DNA from: Synechococcus sp. A15-24
GTDB lineage: Bacteria; Cyanobacteriota; Cyanobacteriia; PCC-6307; Cyanobiaceae
Assembly: GCF_014280195.1 (NCBI RefSeq)
Contig: NZ_CP047960.1
Coordinates: 720,001-752,000, forward strand
Direction of reading: 5' to 3'
DNA: 32,000 nucleotides
In this document: positions 23,967 through 32,000 of the stretch, in pieces
Numbering within the stretch: position 1 is the first letter of the stretch
Layout of the letters: the number at the start of each line of letters is the position of its first letter
Program-made: the position numbers and the translations under genes
Notes under the pieces: generated by a model
Told to the model about the DNA's origin: nothing
Databases searched by the model: none
What the model saw: only the letters and a program-made list of their open reading frames with translations

Positions 23967-25036
23967 CGCTGTGGGTGGTGAAGCTGGGCACGAGTCTGTT
24001 GCGGGGGGATACCGCCGCAACGATCGATGGTTTCGCCGCAGGTATCGCTGCTGCCTTTGCACGGGGCGATCGCGTTGTGCTGGTTTCCAGTGGTGCTGTC
24101 GGTCTCGGTTGCCAGCGGCTTCAGCTTCCCCAGAGGCCCGAGACCGTGGTCGCCCTGCAGGCGGCGGCTGCCACTGGTCAGGGTCAGCTGATGGCTTTGT
24201 ACGAACGGGCCTTGGCAAACCACGGCATCGCTGTGGCCCAGATCCTCGTCACCCGCTCGGATCTGGCTGATCGTCGCCGCTATCAGAACGCCTCTGGAAC
24301 CCTGCAGCAGCTGTTGCAGTGGGGGGTGTTGCCGGTGGTCAATGAAAACGACGCCATCTCCCCGGCGGAGCTCCGCTTCGGAGACAACGACACCTTGTCC
24401 GCCCTCGTGGCGGCGGCCGTTGGTGCCGACCAGCTGATCCTGCTCACCGACGTGGACCGTCTCTACTCAGCGGATCCGCGGCTTGTCGCCGATGCTCGCC
24501 CGATTTCCGATGTGCATCACCCACGGGAGCTGGACGCCCTTGAAGCCGTCGCCGGTGATGGCGGCCGTTGGGGCCGCGGCGGCATGACCACCAAGCTGGC
24601 GGCGGCCAGGATTGCCACCGCCAGCGGAATCACCGTGCACCTGGCGGATGGTCGGGATCCCACGCGCCTTGATGCCTTGCTTCAGGGGGAACGCGGTGGC
24701 ACGGTGTTTCATCCCCACCCGGAACCGCTGGGCAACCGTCGTAGCTGGCTGGCTCATGCCTTGCAACCCCAGGGCTCGCTGACGCTGGATGCCGGTGCCT
24801 GCGATGCCTTGCATCAGCGGGGGGCCTCCCTGTTGATGGTTGGGATTACTGCGGTGCAGGGAGCCTTCGCCGCCAATCAACCGGTCCGGTTGCAAGGTCC
24901 GGATGGTCGCGACCTGGGGCGCGGCCTTTGCCAGCTGTCCAGCGCAGCTGTTCAGCGCGCTCTTGAGGCTGCGCCTGCCGTCGGTCCATCGCCTGTGGTG
25001 GTGCATCGGGACGCCCTGGTGCTTCACAGCCGCTGA
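23963..25036 (+). CDS. proB: Glutamate 5-kinase (with PUA domain)
   Basis: ATG 23963 overlaps the yqeG stop (ATGA). [48 protein letters not shown] and [10 protein letters not shown] are ProB blocks. The C-terminal region is PUA-like. Confidence 0.93.
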   Translation: MTLWVVKLGTSLLRGDTAATIDGFAAGIAAAFARGDRVVLVSSGAVGLGCQRLQLPQRPETVVALQAAAATGQGQLMALYERALANHGIAVAQILVTRSDLADRRRYQNASGTLQQLLQWGVLPVVNENDAISPAELRFGDNDTLSALVAAAVGADQLILLTDVDRLYSADPRLVADARPISDVHHPRELDALEAVAGDGGRWGRGGMTTKLAAARIATASGITVHLADGRDPTRLDALLQGERGGTVFHPHPEPLGNRRSWLAHALQPQGSLTLDAGACDALHQRGASLLMVGITAVQGAFAANQPVRLQGPDGRDLGRGLCQLSSAAVQRALEAAPAVGPSPVVVHRDALVLHSR

Positions 25037-25071
25037 GCGCGCCTACGATCCGGCCGCCGCACCGCGACGCC

Positions 25072-26115
25072 ATGCGATTCAGCAGCTTGATCAAGGCCCT
25101 ACAAGCGGGTGAGTCGGGATTGCGCTGGAGTCAGCCCGGCCAGGACCCAGACCTGTCCGGTGCCGCCGCTCTGGATCAGGCGGTGGGGGATCAGCTGAGT
25201 TTTCTGGAGGCGGGCAATGTGCTGTCGGCAGCCCTCAGTGACAGTGCTGTCGGGGCGTTGCTGCTGCCCGACCAGCAGGATCTGATCGACCTCGCCAGCC
25301 AGCGGGGCATCGCTTTCGCGGTGGTGTCGGATCCACGCCTGGCCTTCGCTGAAGCGCTCGACTGCCTGCATCCGCGGCAGCGCCCGCAGGCTGACATTCA
25401 TCCCACGGCCGTGATCGACGAGCGGGCCGTGGTGGGCCCCGGCACCGCCGTTGCCGCTCGTGTGTGCATCGGTGCCGGCAGCCGCGTCGGTGCCGACTGC
25501 ATCGTTCATCCCGGTGTTGTGATTTACGACGACGTGGTGATCGCTGACGGCTGTGAACTGCATGCCAACGCCGTACTGCACCCCGGCAGTCGGCTGGGGA
25601 GACGTTGCGTGGTGAATTCCAACGCCGTGGTGGGCTCCGAGGGATTCGGCTTTGTTCCCACCGCCAAGGGGTGGCGCAAGATGCCTCAGACGGGGCAGGT
25701 GGTGCTGGAGGACGGGGTGGAGGTCGGCTGCGGCAGCACCATTGACCGCCCATCCGTGGGGGAGACCCGGATCGGGGCTGGAACCAAGATCGACAACCTG
25801 GTGCAGATCGGGCATGGAGTGATCACAGGCCGTGGCTGTGCCTTCGCCGCTCAGGTGGGCATCGCCGGCGGTGCCCGCATCGGTCACGGCGTGATCCTGG
25901 CTGGCCAGGTGGGTGTCGCGAACCGTGCCGTTGTCGGGGACCGGGCCATTGCCAGTTCCAAGTCCGGGATCCATGGCGAGGTGGCGGCCGGTGAGGTGGT
26001 GAGTGGCTACCCAGCCATTCCCAACCGCCTCTGGCTGCGATGTTCCGCCGCCTTCAGCAAGCTTCCCGAGCTGGCCCGGACGGTGCGGGAGCTCAAACGC
26101 AACACCCCTCAGTAA
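25072..26115 (+). CDS. lpxD: UDP-3-O-acylglucosamine N-acyltransferase
   Basis: The N-terminal LpxD domain is followed by long left-handed beta-helix hexapeptide repeats ([47 protein letters not shown]...) and [19 protein letters not shown]. The product is 347 aa. Confidence 0.93.
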   Translation: MRFSSLIKALQAGESGLRWSQPGQDPDLSGAAALDQAVGDQLSFLEAGNVLSAALSDSAVGALLLPDQQDLIDLASQRGIAFAVVSDPRLAFAEALDCLHPRQRPQADIHPTAVIDERAVVGPGTAVAARVCIGAGSRVGADCIVHPGVVIYDDVVIADGCELHANAVLHPGSRLGRRCVVNSNAVVGSEGFGFVPTAKGWRKMPQTGQVVLEDGVEVGCGSTIDRPSVGETRIGAGTKIDNLVQIGHGVITGRGCAFAAQVGIAGGARIGHGVILAGQVGVANRAVVGDRAIASSKSGIHGEVAAGEVVSGYPAIPNRLWLRCSAAFSKLPELARTVRELKRNTPQ

Positions 26116-26147
26116 CCTCAGCGGTCGATCTGCCGACCCGCATCGAC

Positions 26148-27221
26148 ATGGCCCAGCACCGCGTCGTCCTGCTTCCTGGAGATGGCATTGGCCCGGAGAT
26201 CACGGCCGTGGCGCGTCAGTTGCTCGAGGCGGTGAGCCAGCGGCATGGTTTTGAACTGTGTTTTGACGAACAATTGATCGGTGGCAGTGCCATTGATGCC
26301 TGCGGTGAGCCCCTGCCCGCCAGCACACTGGAAGCCTGCAAGGCTGCAGATGCGGTTCTGCTGGCCGCCATCGGCAGCCCCCGCTTCGACAACCTTCCCC
26401 GCGACAAACGACCGGAAACCGGTTTGCTTGGGCTGAGGTCAGGCATGGCCCTGTTCGCCAACCTGCGCCCTGTGAAGATCGTTCCGGCGCTCATCGGTGC
26501 CAGCAGCCTGCGTCCGGAGGTAATCGAGGGTGTGGACCTGATGGTGGTGCGAGAACTCACCGGCGGGATCTACTTCGGGCAGCCCAAGGGACGGATTCAG
26601 GCCGACGGAGAGGAGCGTGGCTTCAACACGATGACCTACTCCTCCAGCGAGGTGGATCGCATTGCCAAGGTGGCCTTCGACCTGGCCCGGGAACGTCGCT
26701 GCAACCTCTGCTCCGTGGACAAGGCCAACGTGCTGGATGTGAGCCAGCTGTGGCGGGACAGGGTGGATGCGATGGCTCCCGCCTACAGCGATGTGGAGGT
26801 CAGCCACATGTATGTGGATAACGCCGCGATGCAGCTGGTGCGCAGTCCGCGCCAATTCGACGTGCTGCTCACGGGGAACCTGTTCGGAGACATCCTCAGC
26901 GATGAGGCCGCCATGCTCACCGGCTCGATCGGCATGCTTCCATCGGCCTCCCTTGGCAGCGACGGTCCTGGCCTATTCGAGCCGGTGCATGGCTCTGCGC
27001 CGGACATCGCCGGCCAGGACAAGGCCAATCCAATGGCGATGGTGCTCTCGGCCGCGATGGTGCTGCGGACCGGTCTCAAGCAGACCGAAGCTGCCGCTGA
27101 TCTCGAGGCGGCTGTGGACAAGGTGCTGGCGGCTGGCTTCCGCACCGGAGATCTGATGGCAGAGGGCTGCACCGCGCTGGGATGCCGCGCCATGGGCGAC
27201 GCCCTGTTGAAGGCTCTCTGA
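26148..27221 (+). CDS. leuB: 3-isopropylmalate dehydrogenase
   Basis: Internal ATG 26148. The blocks [59 protein letters not shown] and [15 protein letters not shown] are present. Confidence 0.95.
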   Translation: MAQHRVVLLPGDGIGPEITAVARQLLEAVSQRHGFELCFDEQLIGGSAIDACGEPLPASTLEACKAADAVLLAAIGSPRFDNLPRDKRPETGLLGLRSGMALFANLRPVKIVPALIGASSLRPEVIEGVDLMVVRELTGGIYFGQPKGRIQADGEERGFNTMTYSSSEVDRIAKVAFDLARERRCNLCSVDKANVLDVSQLWRDRVDAMAPAYSDVEVSHMYVDNAAMQLVRSPRQFDVLLTGNLFGDILSDEAAMLTGSIGMLPSASLGSDGPGLFEPVHGSAPDIAGQDKANPMAMVLSAAMVLRTGLKQTEAAADLEAAVDKVLAAGFRTGDLMAEGCTALGCRAMGDALLKAL

Positions 27222-27284
27222 GGCTGTATTGGTGAAATGGGGCCTTGATCTGGCAAACTCGCCGGGCCTGTTGTCCCTGCGCTG

Positions 27285-28187
27285 ATGTCGAAGCGTCACC
27301 CGGTCGTCGCTGTCACCGGTTCCTCCGGAGCTGGAACCAGCACCGTCAAGCGCGCCTTCGAGCACATCTTTGCGCGTGAAGGCATCACACCTGCTGTGGT
27401 GGAGGGCGATAGCTACCACCGCTACGAGCGGATGCCGATGAAACAGGCCATGGCGGACGCCTTGGCCCGTGGCGAGAACTTCTCCCACTTCGGTCCCGAA
27501 GCCAACCTGTTCGACAAGCTCGAGGATCTGTTCCGTAGCTACGGCGAGACCGGTGCTGGGCAGAAGCGTTACTACCTCCACAGCGCCGAAGAGGCCGCTG
27601 AGCATAATGCTCGTCTCGGCGTTGACCTCGGCCCCGGCCAGTTCACGCCCTGGGAGGACATTCCAGCGGGAACAGACCTGCTCTTCTATGAAGGCCTGCA
27701 CGGTGGTGTGAAGGGTGACGGCTACGACGTGGCTTCCCTTGCCGATCTCCTCGTTGGTGTCGTGCCCATCACCAACCTCGAGTGGATCCAGAAGATCCAC
27801 CGCGACAACGCTGAACGCGGCTACTCAGCTGAGGCGATCGTGGACACGATCCTGCGCCGCATGCCGGATTACATCAATCACATTTGCCCGCAGTTCGGCG
27901 AAACCGACATCAACTTCCAGCGGGTTCCCACGGTGGACACCTCCAACCCGTTCATCTGCCGCAACATCCCCACGCCGGATGAAAGCTTCGTGATCATCCA
28001 CTTCCGTAAGGGAGCCCGTGAGAAGTGGGGAATCGACTTCAACTATCTGTTGAACATGATCCACGACTCCTTCATGTCTAGCCCCACCAGCATTGTGGTG
28101 AACGGCGGCAAGATGGGCTTTGCGATGGAATTGATCCTCACCCCGATCATTCACCGCATGATCGAAGAAAAGAAGAACCTGGGCTGA
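27285..28187 (+). CDS. prk: Phosphoribulokinase, proteobacterial class I (CbbP/PrkA-like) type
   Basis: MSKRHPVVAVTGSSGAGTSTVKRAFEHIF, VEGDSYHRY, LLFYEGLHGG, VVPITNLEWIQKIHRDNAERGYS and DINFQRVPTVDTSNPF match the roughly 290-aa class I PRKs (e.g. Rhodobacter PrkA). They do not match the roughly 330-aa cyanobacterial/plant class II PRK (VLIGVAGDSGCGKST...). Confidence 0.92.
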   Translation: MSKRHPVVAVTGSSGAGTSTVKRAFEHIFAREGITPAVVEGDSYHRYERMPMKQAMADALARGENFSHFGPEANLFDKLEDLFRSYGETGAGQKRYYLHSAEEAAEHNARLGVDLGPGQFTPWEDIPAGTDLLFYEGLHGGVKGDGYDVASLADLLVGVVPITNLEWIQKIHRDNAERGYSAEAIVDTILRRMPDYINHICPQFGETDINFQRVPTVDTSNPFICRNIPTPDESFVIIHFRKGAREKWGIDFNYLLNMIHDSFMSSPTSIVVNGGKMGFAMELILTPIIHRMIEEKKNLG

Positions 28188-28259
28188 TTTTGATCAGTTG
28201 ACAATCAGATCCCTAAAGTGGGTACATCTGAGCGATCAGGTGGGCCCATTTCCTCTTCA

Positions 28260-28538
28260 ATGCCCTCCTTCGAGATTCGCGGTGCCGCGGGAGTTCCTGC
28301 GTCTCCCCGTTGGGATCGGGTTGATAGCCGTGCCTTGATTCATGCGGCGCGAGGGGTGTACTTCTCTCATCTGTCTGATTGGAGCGGCATCAGGGATCCT
28401 CTCGGGGTGGTTCTGGCGCCCGGTCAACCAGGAGGCAGGGTTGTCTTTGAATTGCCTGTACTGCTTCCCGAGGAGGAATTCATCGAGCTGGAGCTGATCC
28501 GGGGCCGCAGCGCCCGGGGGAGACGACGGTGGAAGTGA
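28260..28538 (+). CDS. Hypothetical protein (92 aa)
   Basis: Internal ATG 28260 gives MPSFEIRGAAGVPASPRWDRVDSRALIHAARGVYFSHLSDW... with a basic C-terminus. Its TGA overlaps a candidate pilD ATG (TGATG). I recognise no family. Confidence 0.4.
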   Translation: MPSFEIRGAAGVPASPRWDRVDSRALIHAARGVYFSHLSDWSGIRDPLGVVLAPGQPGGRVVFELPVLLPEEEFIELELIRGRSARGRRRWK

Positions 28539-29326
28539 TGATCCTGCTCATAGTTGCCCTGTTCGGGGCCTGCGTTGGCAGCTTCACCAACGTGGTGGTG
28601 TGGCGCCTGCCCCGGCAGGAATCGGTGGTGGTTCCCGGCAGCCATTGCCCTCACTGCGGTCATGCCATCCGCTGGCACGACAATCTGCCAGTGATCGGCT
28701 GGTTGCTCCTGGGGGGGCGGTGCCGTGATTGCGGCGCCGGCATCAGCTGGCGCTACCCAGCAGTCGAGTTGGCAAGTGCCCTGCTCTGGCTCAGCGCTCT
28801 CTCGGTTCAAGCCGGTGGTGGTTTGCTGGAACTCTGGCGCCCTTGGGCCGGCCTGGTACTGGTGGCTCTGTTGCTGCCTCTGGTTTTGATCGACATCGAT
28901 CACCTCTGGCTGCCGGAACCGCTGTGCCGATGGGGGGTGGTGCTGGGCCTTCTGTTCAGTGCAGGCGCTGGATGGATTGTTCTGGGTAATCACCTTGTTG
29001 CGGCAGCGCTGGCGTTGGTGCTGCTCGAGGGGCTGAGCGGGATGGCCGAGCGGATTCTTGGGCAGCCGGCTCTCGGTTTGGGAGACGCCAAGCTGGCGGC
29101 CCTGGGTGGTGCCTGGCTGGGAGCTGCAGGAATCGCCGTCGCGTTCGCTTTGGCTCTGGCCACCTTGGCGGGAGCCGTCGTCGGCAGCGTGGGTAGGGTC
29201 TCTGGGCGGTTGCAGCCTCGTCAGGCCTTTGCCTTTGGTCCGTTCATCGCCTTGGGGATCTGGCTGGTCTGGCTCAGGGGTGCTGATTGGTGGTGGGAGC
29301 AATGGCAGCAGCTGCTGGGTTTTTAA
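28529..29326 (+). CDS. pilD: Prepilin peptidase (A24 family, type IV leader peptidase/N-methyltransferase)
   Basis: The CxxC...CxxC zinc motif is SHCPHCGHAIRWHDNLPVIGWLLLGGRCRDCG. The catalytic Asp contexts are LIDIDHLWLP and GLGDAKLAALGGAWLG. There are multiple TM helices. The start is GTG 28529 or ATG 28538. Confidence 0.9.
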   Translation: MEVMILLIVALFGACVGSFTNVVVWRLPRQESVVVPGSHCPHCGHAIRWHDNLPVIGWLLLGGRCRDCGAGISWRYPAVELASALLWLSALSVQAGGGLLELWRPWAGLVLVALLLPLVLIDIDHLWLPEPLCRWGVVLGLLFSAGAGWIVLGNHLVAAALALVLLEGLSGMAERILGQPALGLGDAKLAALGGAWLGAAGIAVAFALALATLAGAVVGSVGRVSGRLQPRQAFAFGPFIALGIWLVWLRGADWWWEQWQQLLGF

Positions 29327-29347
29327 TGGTGGAAACGGGCGGCTCGT

Positions 29348-30229
29348 GTGTCTCTGTTCGACTGGTTCGCTGATCGCCGCAAGGGTCAGTCCACCGGAAA
29401 GATCACCCAGGAACCCGAGGAGGGGGATGGGCTCTGGAGCAAATGCCCGGAGTGCGGCCTGGTGGTTTACGTCAAGGATCTGAAGGCCAATGCCAGTGTC
29501 TGCGCAGGCTGTGGACATCACCACCGCATCGACAGCCACGAACGCATCGCGTTGATTGCGGATCCGGGCAGCTTTGAAGCTCTGAACGAGGCACTGGAAC
29601 CAACCGATCCCTTGACCTTCAAGGATCGGCGGGCCTACGCCGATCGACTGCGGGAGAGTCAGGCGGCCACCGGTCTTCGGGATGGTGTCGTGACAGGCCT
29701 CTGTCGTGTGGATGGTCTGGCCCTGGCCCTGGCCGTGATGGACTTCCGCTTCATGGGCGGATCAATGGGATCCGTTGTGGGGGAGAAGATCACCCGTCTG
29801 GTGGAGGAAGCAACCGCCCGTCGGCTGCCGCTGTTGATCGTGTGTGCATCAGGCGGTGCCCGCATGCAGGAGGGAATGCTCAGCCTCATGCAGATGGCCA
29901 AGATTTCCGGCGCTCTGGAGCGCCACCGCGAAGCGGAGCTGCTCTACATGCCGCTGCTCACGCACCCCACCACAGGTGGCGTCACAGCCAGCTTTGCCAT
30001 GCTCGGGGATCTGATCCTGGCGGAACCCAAGGCTCTGATCGGCTTCGCTGGACGGCGGGTGATCGAGCAGACGCTGCGCGAAAAGCTGCCGGACAATTTC
30101 CAGACCGCGGAGTATTTGCAGGACCACGGCTTCGTGGACACGATCGTTCCGCGGACCCAGTTGCGCAGCAGCCTTGCCAGCCTGCTGCGGTTGCATGGCT
30201 GCAGACCCATGGAGATCACCAGCGCATGA
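29348..30229 (+). CDS. accD: Acetyl-CoA carboxylase carboxyltransferase beta subunit
   Basis: The zinc ribbon is [53 protein letters not shown] and the remaining canonical AccD blocks are present. The start is GTG. Confidence 0.95.
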   Translation: MSLFDWFADRRKGQSTGKITQEPEEGDGLWSKCPECGLVVYVKDLKANASVCAGCGHHHRIDSHERIALIADPGSFEALNEALEPTDPLTFKDRRAYADRLRESQAATGLRDGVVTGLCRVDGLALALAVMDFRFMGGSMGSVVGEKITRLVEEATARRLPLLIVCASGGARMQEGMLSLMQMAKISGALERHREAELLYMPLLTHPTTGGVTASFAMLGDLILAEPKALIGFAGRRVIEQTLREKLPDNFQTAEYLQDHGFVDTIVPRTQLRSSLASLLRLHGCRPMEITSA

Positions 30230-30597
30230 CAGGGTTTCTCACGGCCGTCTTGCTGAGCTTGCTTCTCTGGACTTCTCCAGCCTGGGCTGGCCCCGTGGAC
30301 TGGGTTGAAGTGCCATCAAGCGAGGCTGGTCAGCAGTGGTGGGATCGCGGCAGCATCCGCGTGGATCGCTACGGCCTCCGCACGGTGCTCAGCCGGTTCA
30401 CCCCGGCAGCAACGGAAGATGTTCAGCAGCCTAATGGCGAGCTCTACGTCATGCAGTTGGACTGCGCTCAGAAGCTCTATCGCGACAAGCAGGTGAACGG
30501 CATTCCACGCTTCAAGGCGGATTGGCAGGCTGCTGGCGGTGATGGCTTGATTGCATCTGTCATTGATGCTGTCTGCCGCGAACCTCTCAACAGCTGA
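30226..30597 (+). CDS. Secreted hypothetical protein (123 aa)
   Basis: ATG 30226 overlaps the accD stop (ATGA). The signal peptide is [21 protein letters not shown]. The mature part has two Cys (LDCAQ...AVCRE). Confidence 0.6.
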   Translation: MTGFLTAVLLSLLLWTSPAWAGPVDWVEVPSSEAGQQWWDRGSIRVDRYGLRTVLSRFTPAATEDVQQPNGELYVMQLDCAQKLYRDKQVNGIPRFKADWQAAGGDGLIASVIDAVCREPLNS

Positions 30598-30598
30598 T

Positions 30599-31681
30599 AT
30601 GAGCCTTCAACCGATCGGCGTTGCTTTAGCAGGCCTGGGTTTTGGCGAGAAAGTGCACCTGCCGGCTCTTCAGGCCAACGCCGATCTGTGCCCAGTGGCG
30701 TTGTGGCACCCGCGCCAGGAGCGCCTGGATGCCGCCACGGCTGCCCATGGCTTGAAGGGATTCAGCGACTGGGACGCTCTGCTGGCCGATCCAGCGGTCG
30801 AGGCCGTGATCATTGCCACCCCGCCGGAACCGCGTTTTGCGCTGGCCCACCAAGCACTGAAGGCCGGCAAGCATCTATTGCTGGAGAAGCCGATTGCCCT
30901 GCACGCCGATCAGGCCAGGGAGTTGCAGCGACTGGCGACCGCTAGGGGGGTGTCGGTCGCAGTCGATTACGAATATCGGGCGGTGCCGCTGTTCATGCAG
31001 GCCGAACGCCTGCTTCGGGCTGGGCTGATCGGGACTCCCTGGCTGGTGAAGCTGGACTGGCTGATGAGCAGCCGAGCTGACCCCAGTCGCGGCTGGAACT
31101 GGTATTCCCAGGCGTCCAAGGGGGGCGGAGTGATCGGTGCCCTGGGGACCCATGCCTTCGACATGTTGGCCTGGCTGGTGGGTCCGGTGGCTTCGGTGAC
31201 GGCCCTCAATGGCGTCTCCATCCGCGAGCGTCCCGACCCCCAGGGAGGAATGGCACCCGTGGATGCTGAGGACGTTGCGTTGATCCAAACCCGATTGCAG
31301 TGGCAGGGGAGCGCGGAGACATTGGTGCCAGCGCAGATCAACCTTGCGTCGGTGGCCCGGAACGGACGCGGCTGCTGGTTGGAGATCTATGGCTCGGAAG
31401 GAAGTCTTGTGCTCGGCAGTGCGAATCAGAAGGACTACGTGCATGGATTTGAACTGTGTTGTTCACGGGCTGGTGAGCAACCACAGCTGATCGAGCCGGA
31501 TCCCGATCTCGCATTTGCAACCTCCTGGAGCGATGGCCGTATCGCTCCGGTGGCGAGGATTCAGAGCTTGTGGGCCGAGAGCATTCGTTCTGGCACGCCG
31601 ATGATTCCAGGCCTGACGGAGGGAGTGGCCAGTCGTTTGGCCTGCGATCAAGCAGCCCAGACGGCAGCTGGTCTCGCGTAA
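30599..31681 (+). CDS. Gfo/Idh/MocA family oxidoreductase
   Basis: ATG 30599 lies 1 nt after the upstream TGA. The N-terminal Rossmann motif is IGVALAGLGFGEKVHLPAL. The EKP motif is in GKHLLLEKPIAL. The product is 360 aa. Confidence 0.85.
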   Translation: MSLQPIGVALAGLGFGEKVHLPALQANADLCPVALWHPRQERLDAATAAHGLKGFSDWDALLADPAVEAVIIATPPEPRFALAHQALKAGKHLLLEKPIALHADQARELQRLATARGVSVAVDYEYRAVPLFMQAERLLRAGLIGTPWLVKLDWLMSSRADPSRGWNWYSQASKGGGVIGALGTHAFDMLAWLVGPVASVTALNGVSIRERPDPQGGMAPVDAEDVALIQTRLQWQGSAETLVPAQINLASVARNGRGCWLEIYGSEGSLVLGSANQKDYVHGFELCCSRAGEQPQLIEPDPDLAFATSWSDGRIAPVARIQSLWAESIRSGTPMIPGLTEGVASRLACDQAAQTAAGLA

Positions 31682-31739
31682 CGCGGGGTAATATCGCCGC
31701 GACTCGTCCCTGACGACCTACCCCCTCGAGGATTTCACC

Positions 31740-32000
31740 ATGGCGCTCGTTCCGCTTCGGCTTCTGCTCGACCACGCCGCCGAGAACCGCTACGGCATCC
31801 CTGCGTTCAACGTGAACAACCTGGAGCAGGTGCAGGCGATCATGGAAGCGGCTGATGAGACCGACAGCCCCGTGATCCTGCAGGCCTCCCGCGGCGCCCG
31901 TAACTACGCCGGTGAGATCTTCCTGCGTCACCTGATCCTGGCCGCCACCGAGACCTATCCCCACATCCCCGTGGTGATGCACCAGGACCACGGCAACGCC
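31740..32000 (+). CDS. fba: Fructose-bisphosphate aldolase class II, 3'-truncated by the window edge
   Basis: This gene is not in the ORF track because it has no stop in the window. ATG 31740 gives [87 protein letters not shown]. This is near-identical in pattern to the cyanobacterial class II FBA N-terminus. Confidence 0.92.
   Translation, partial: MALVPLRLLLDHAAENRYGIPAFNVNNLEQVQAIMEAADETDSPVILQASRGARNYAGEIFLRHLILAATETYPHIPVVMHQDHGNA

Noticed and set aside
14858-27800. Other long ORFs: 14858..15775(+), 15868..16722(+), 16801..17442(-), 19775..20476(-), 20391..20957(-), 21868..22497(-), 23409..24218(-), 24467..25027(-), 25099..25974(-), 26973..27800(-)
   Set aside because: Each lies opposite to, or out of frame with, a gene with clear family motifs (CBS/pgsA, epimerase, hisA, the PSI-accumulation-factor-like and CofE-like genes, the GNAT-like gene and ruvX start, yqeG/proB, lpxD, leuB/prk). 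The products are Arg/Pro/Gly/Ala-rich, which is a high-GC artefact.
28198-28228. Perfect TTGACA -35 hexamer downstream of prk
   Set aside because: No acceptable -10 element lies at 16-19 nt spacing. TAAAGT is too close and TACATC is weak. It is left uncalled.
28424-29539. 371-aa minus-strand ORF spanning pilD and the start of accD
   Set aside because: It is antisense to two confidently identified genes. The product is Pro/Gln/Ala-rich and has no recognisable fold, so it is a shadow ORF.
31682-31701. CGCGG-N10-CCGCG hairpin between the Gfo/Idh/MocA gene and fba
   Set aside because: The stem is only 5 bp, the loop is large, and no U tract follows. It is not convincing as a terminator.
1-32000. 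Scan for CRISPR arrays, tRNA/rRNA genes, IS/transposase/integrase genes, HIP1 (GCGATCGC) enrichment and Yfr1-type sRNA motifs
   Set aside because: No intergenic space is large enough for a tRNA or rRNA, apart from the low-GC islet, which translates as protein. There are no spaced direct repeats and no recombinase-like ORFs. Only isolated GCGATCGC-like sites were seen (e.g. near 24066 and twice inside the duplicated gene). I did not find the ACTCCTCACAC motif by eye.

Overview
This is a compact chromosomal segment of about 60% G+C. I call 39 intact protein-coding genes plus two disrupted ones (pseudogene candidates). I see no rRNA, tRNA, CRISPR array, transposase or integrase. The gene content points to a marine Synechococcus-type picocyanobacterium: a Ycf55-like DUF3685 protein, a PSI-accumulation-factor-like lumenal protein, a CSP41-like epimerase, a cyanobacterial-type class II aldolase and a GluR0-like channel. 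This assignment is an inference, not a database result. Housekeeping genes dominate: pepN, pgsA, hisA, ruvX, proB, lpxD, leuB, prk, pilD, accD and fba. Packing is very tight, with ATGA/GTGA start-stop overlaps, and every convergent gene pair overlaps or abuts.

The most interesting items are:
1. A GluR0-type glutamate-receptor/K+ channel gene is broken by a 1-nt frame shift exactly at the TVGYGD selectivity filter. Two tightly chained micro-ORFs sit directly upstream.
2. A 913-aa protein consists of two complete tandem phytase-like domains (period about 1344 nt) and has no signal peptide.
3. A roughly 0.7-kb low-GC islet carries a cupredoxin-like ORF interrupted by an in-frame TAG.
4. A translationally coupled cassette encodes a PPC(DUF296)-glutaredoxin fusion, a Trp-rich mini membrane protein and a WbuC-like cupin. 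It sits divergent from a ribbon-helix-helix gene.
5. The phosphoribulokinase is of the proteobacterial class I (CbbP-like) type.
6. An L,D-transpeptidase ORF has its upstream coding signal in another frame.
7. An orphan pdeM is coupled to a Pro-rich membrane protein.

I cannot point to a clear-cut novel multi-gene system. The candidates above are ranked by what the sequence itself shows.
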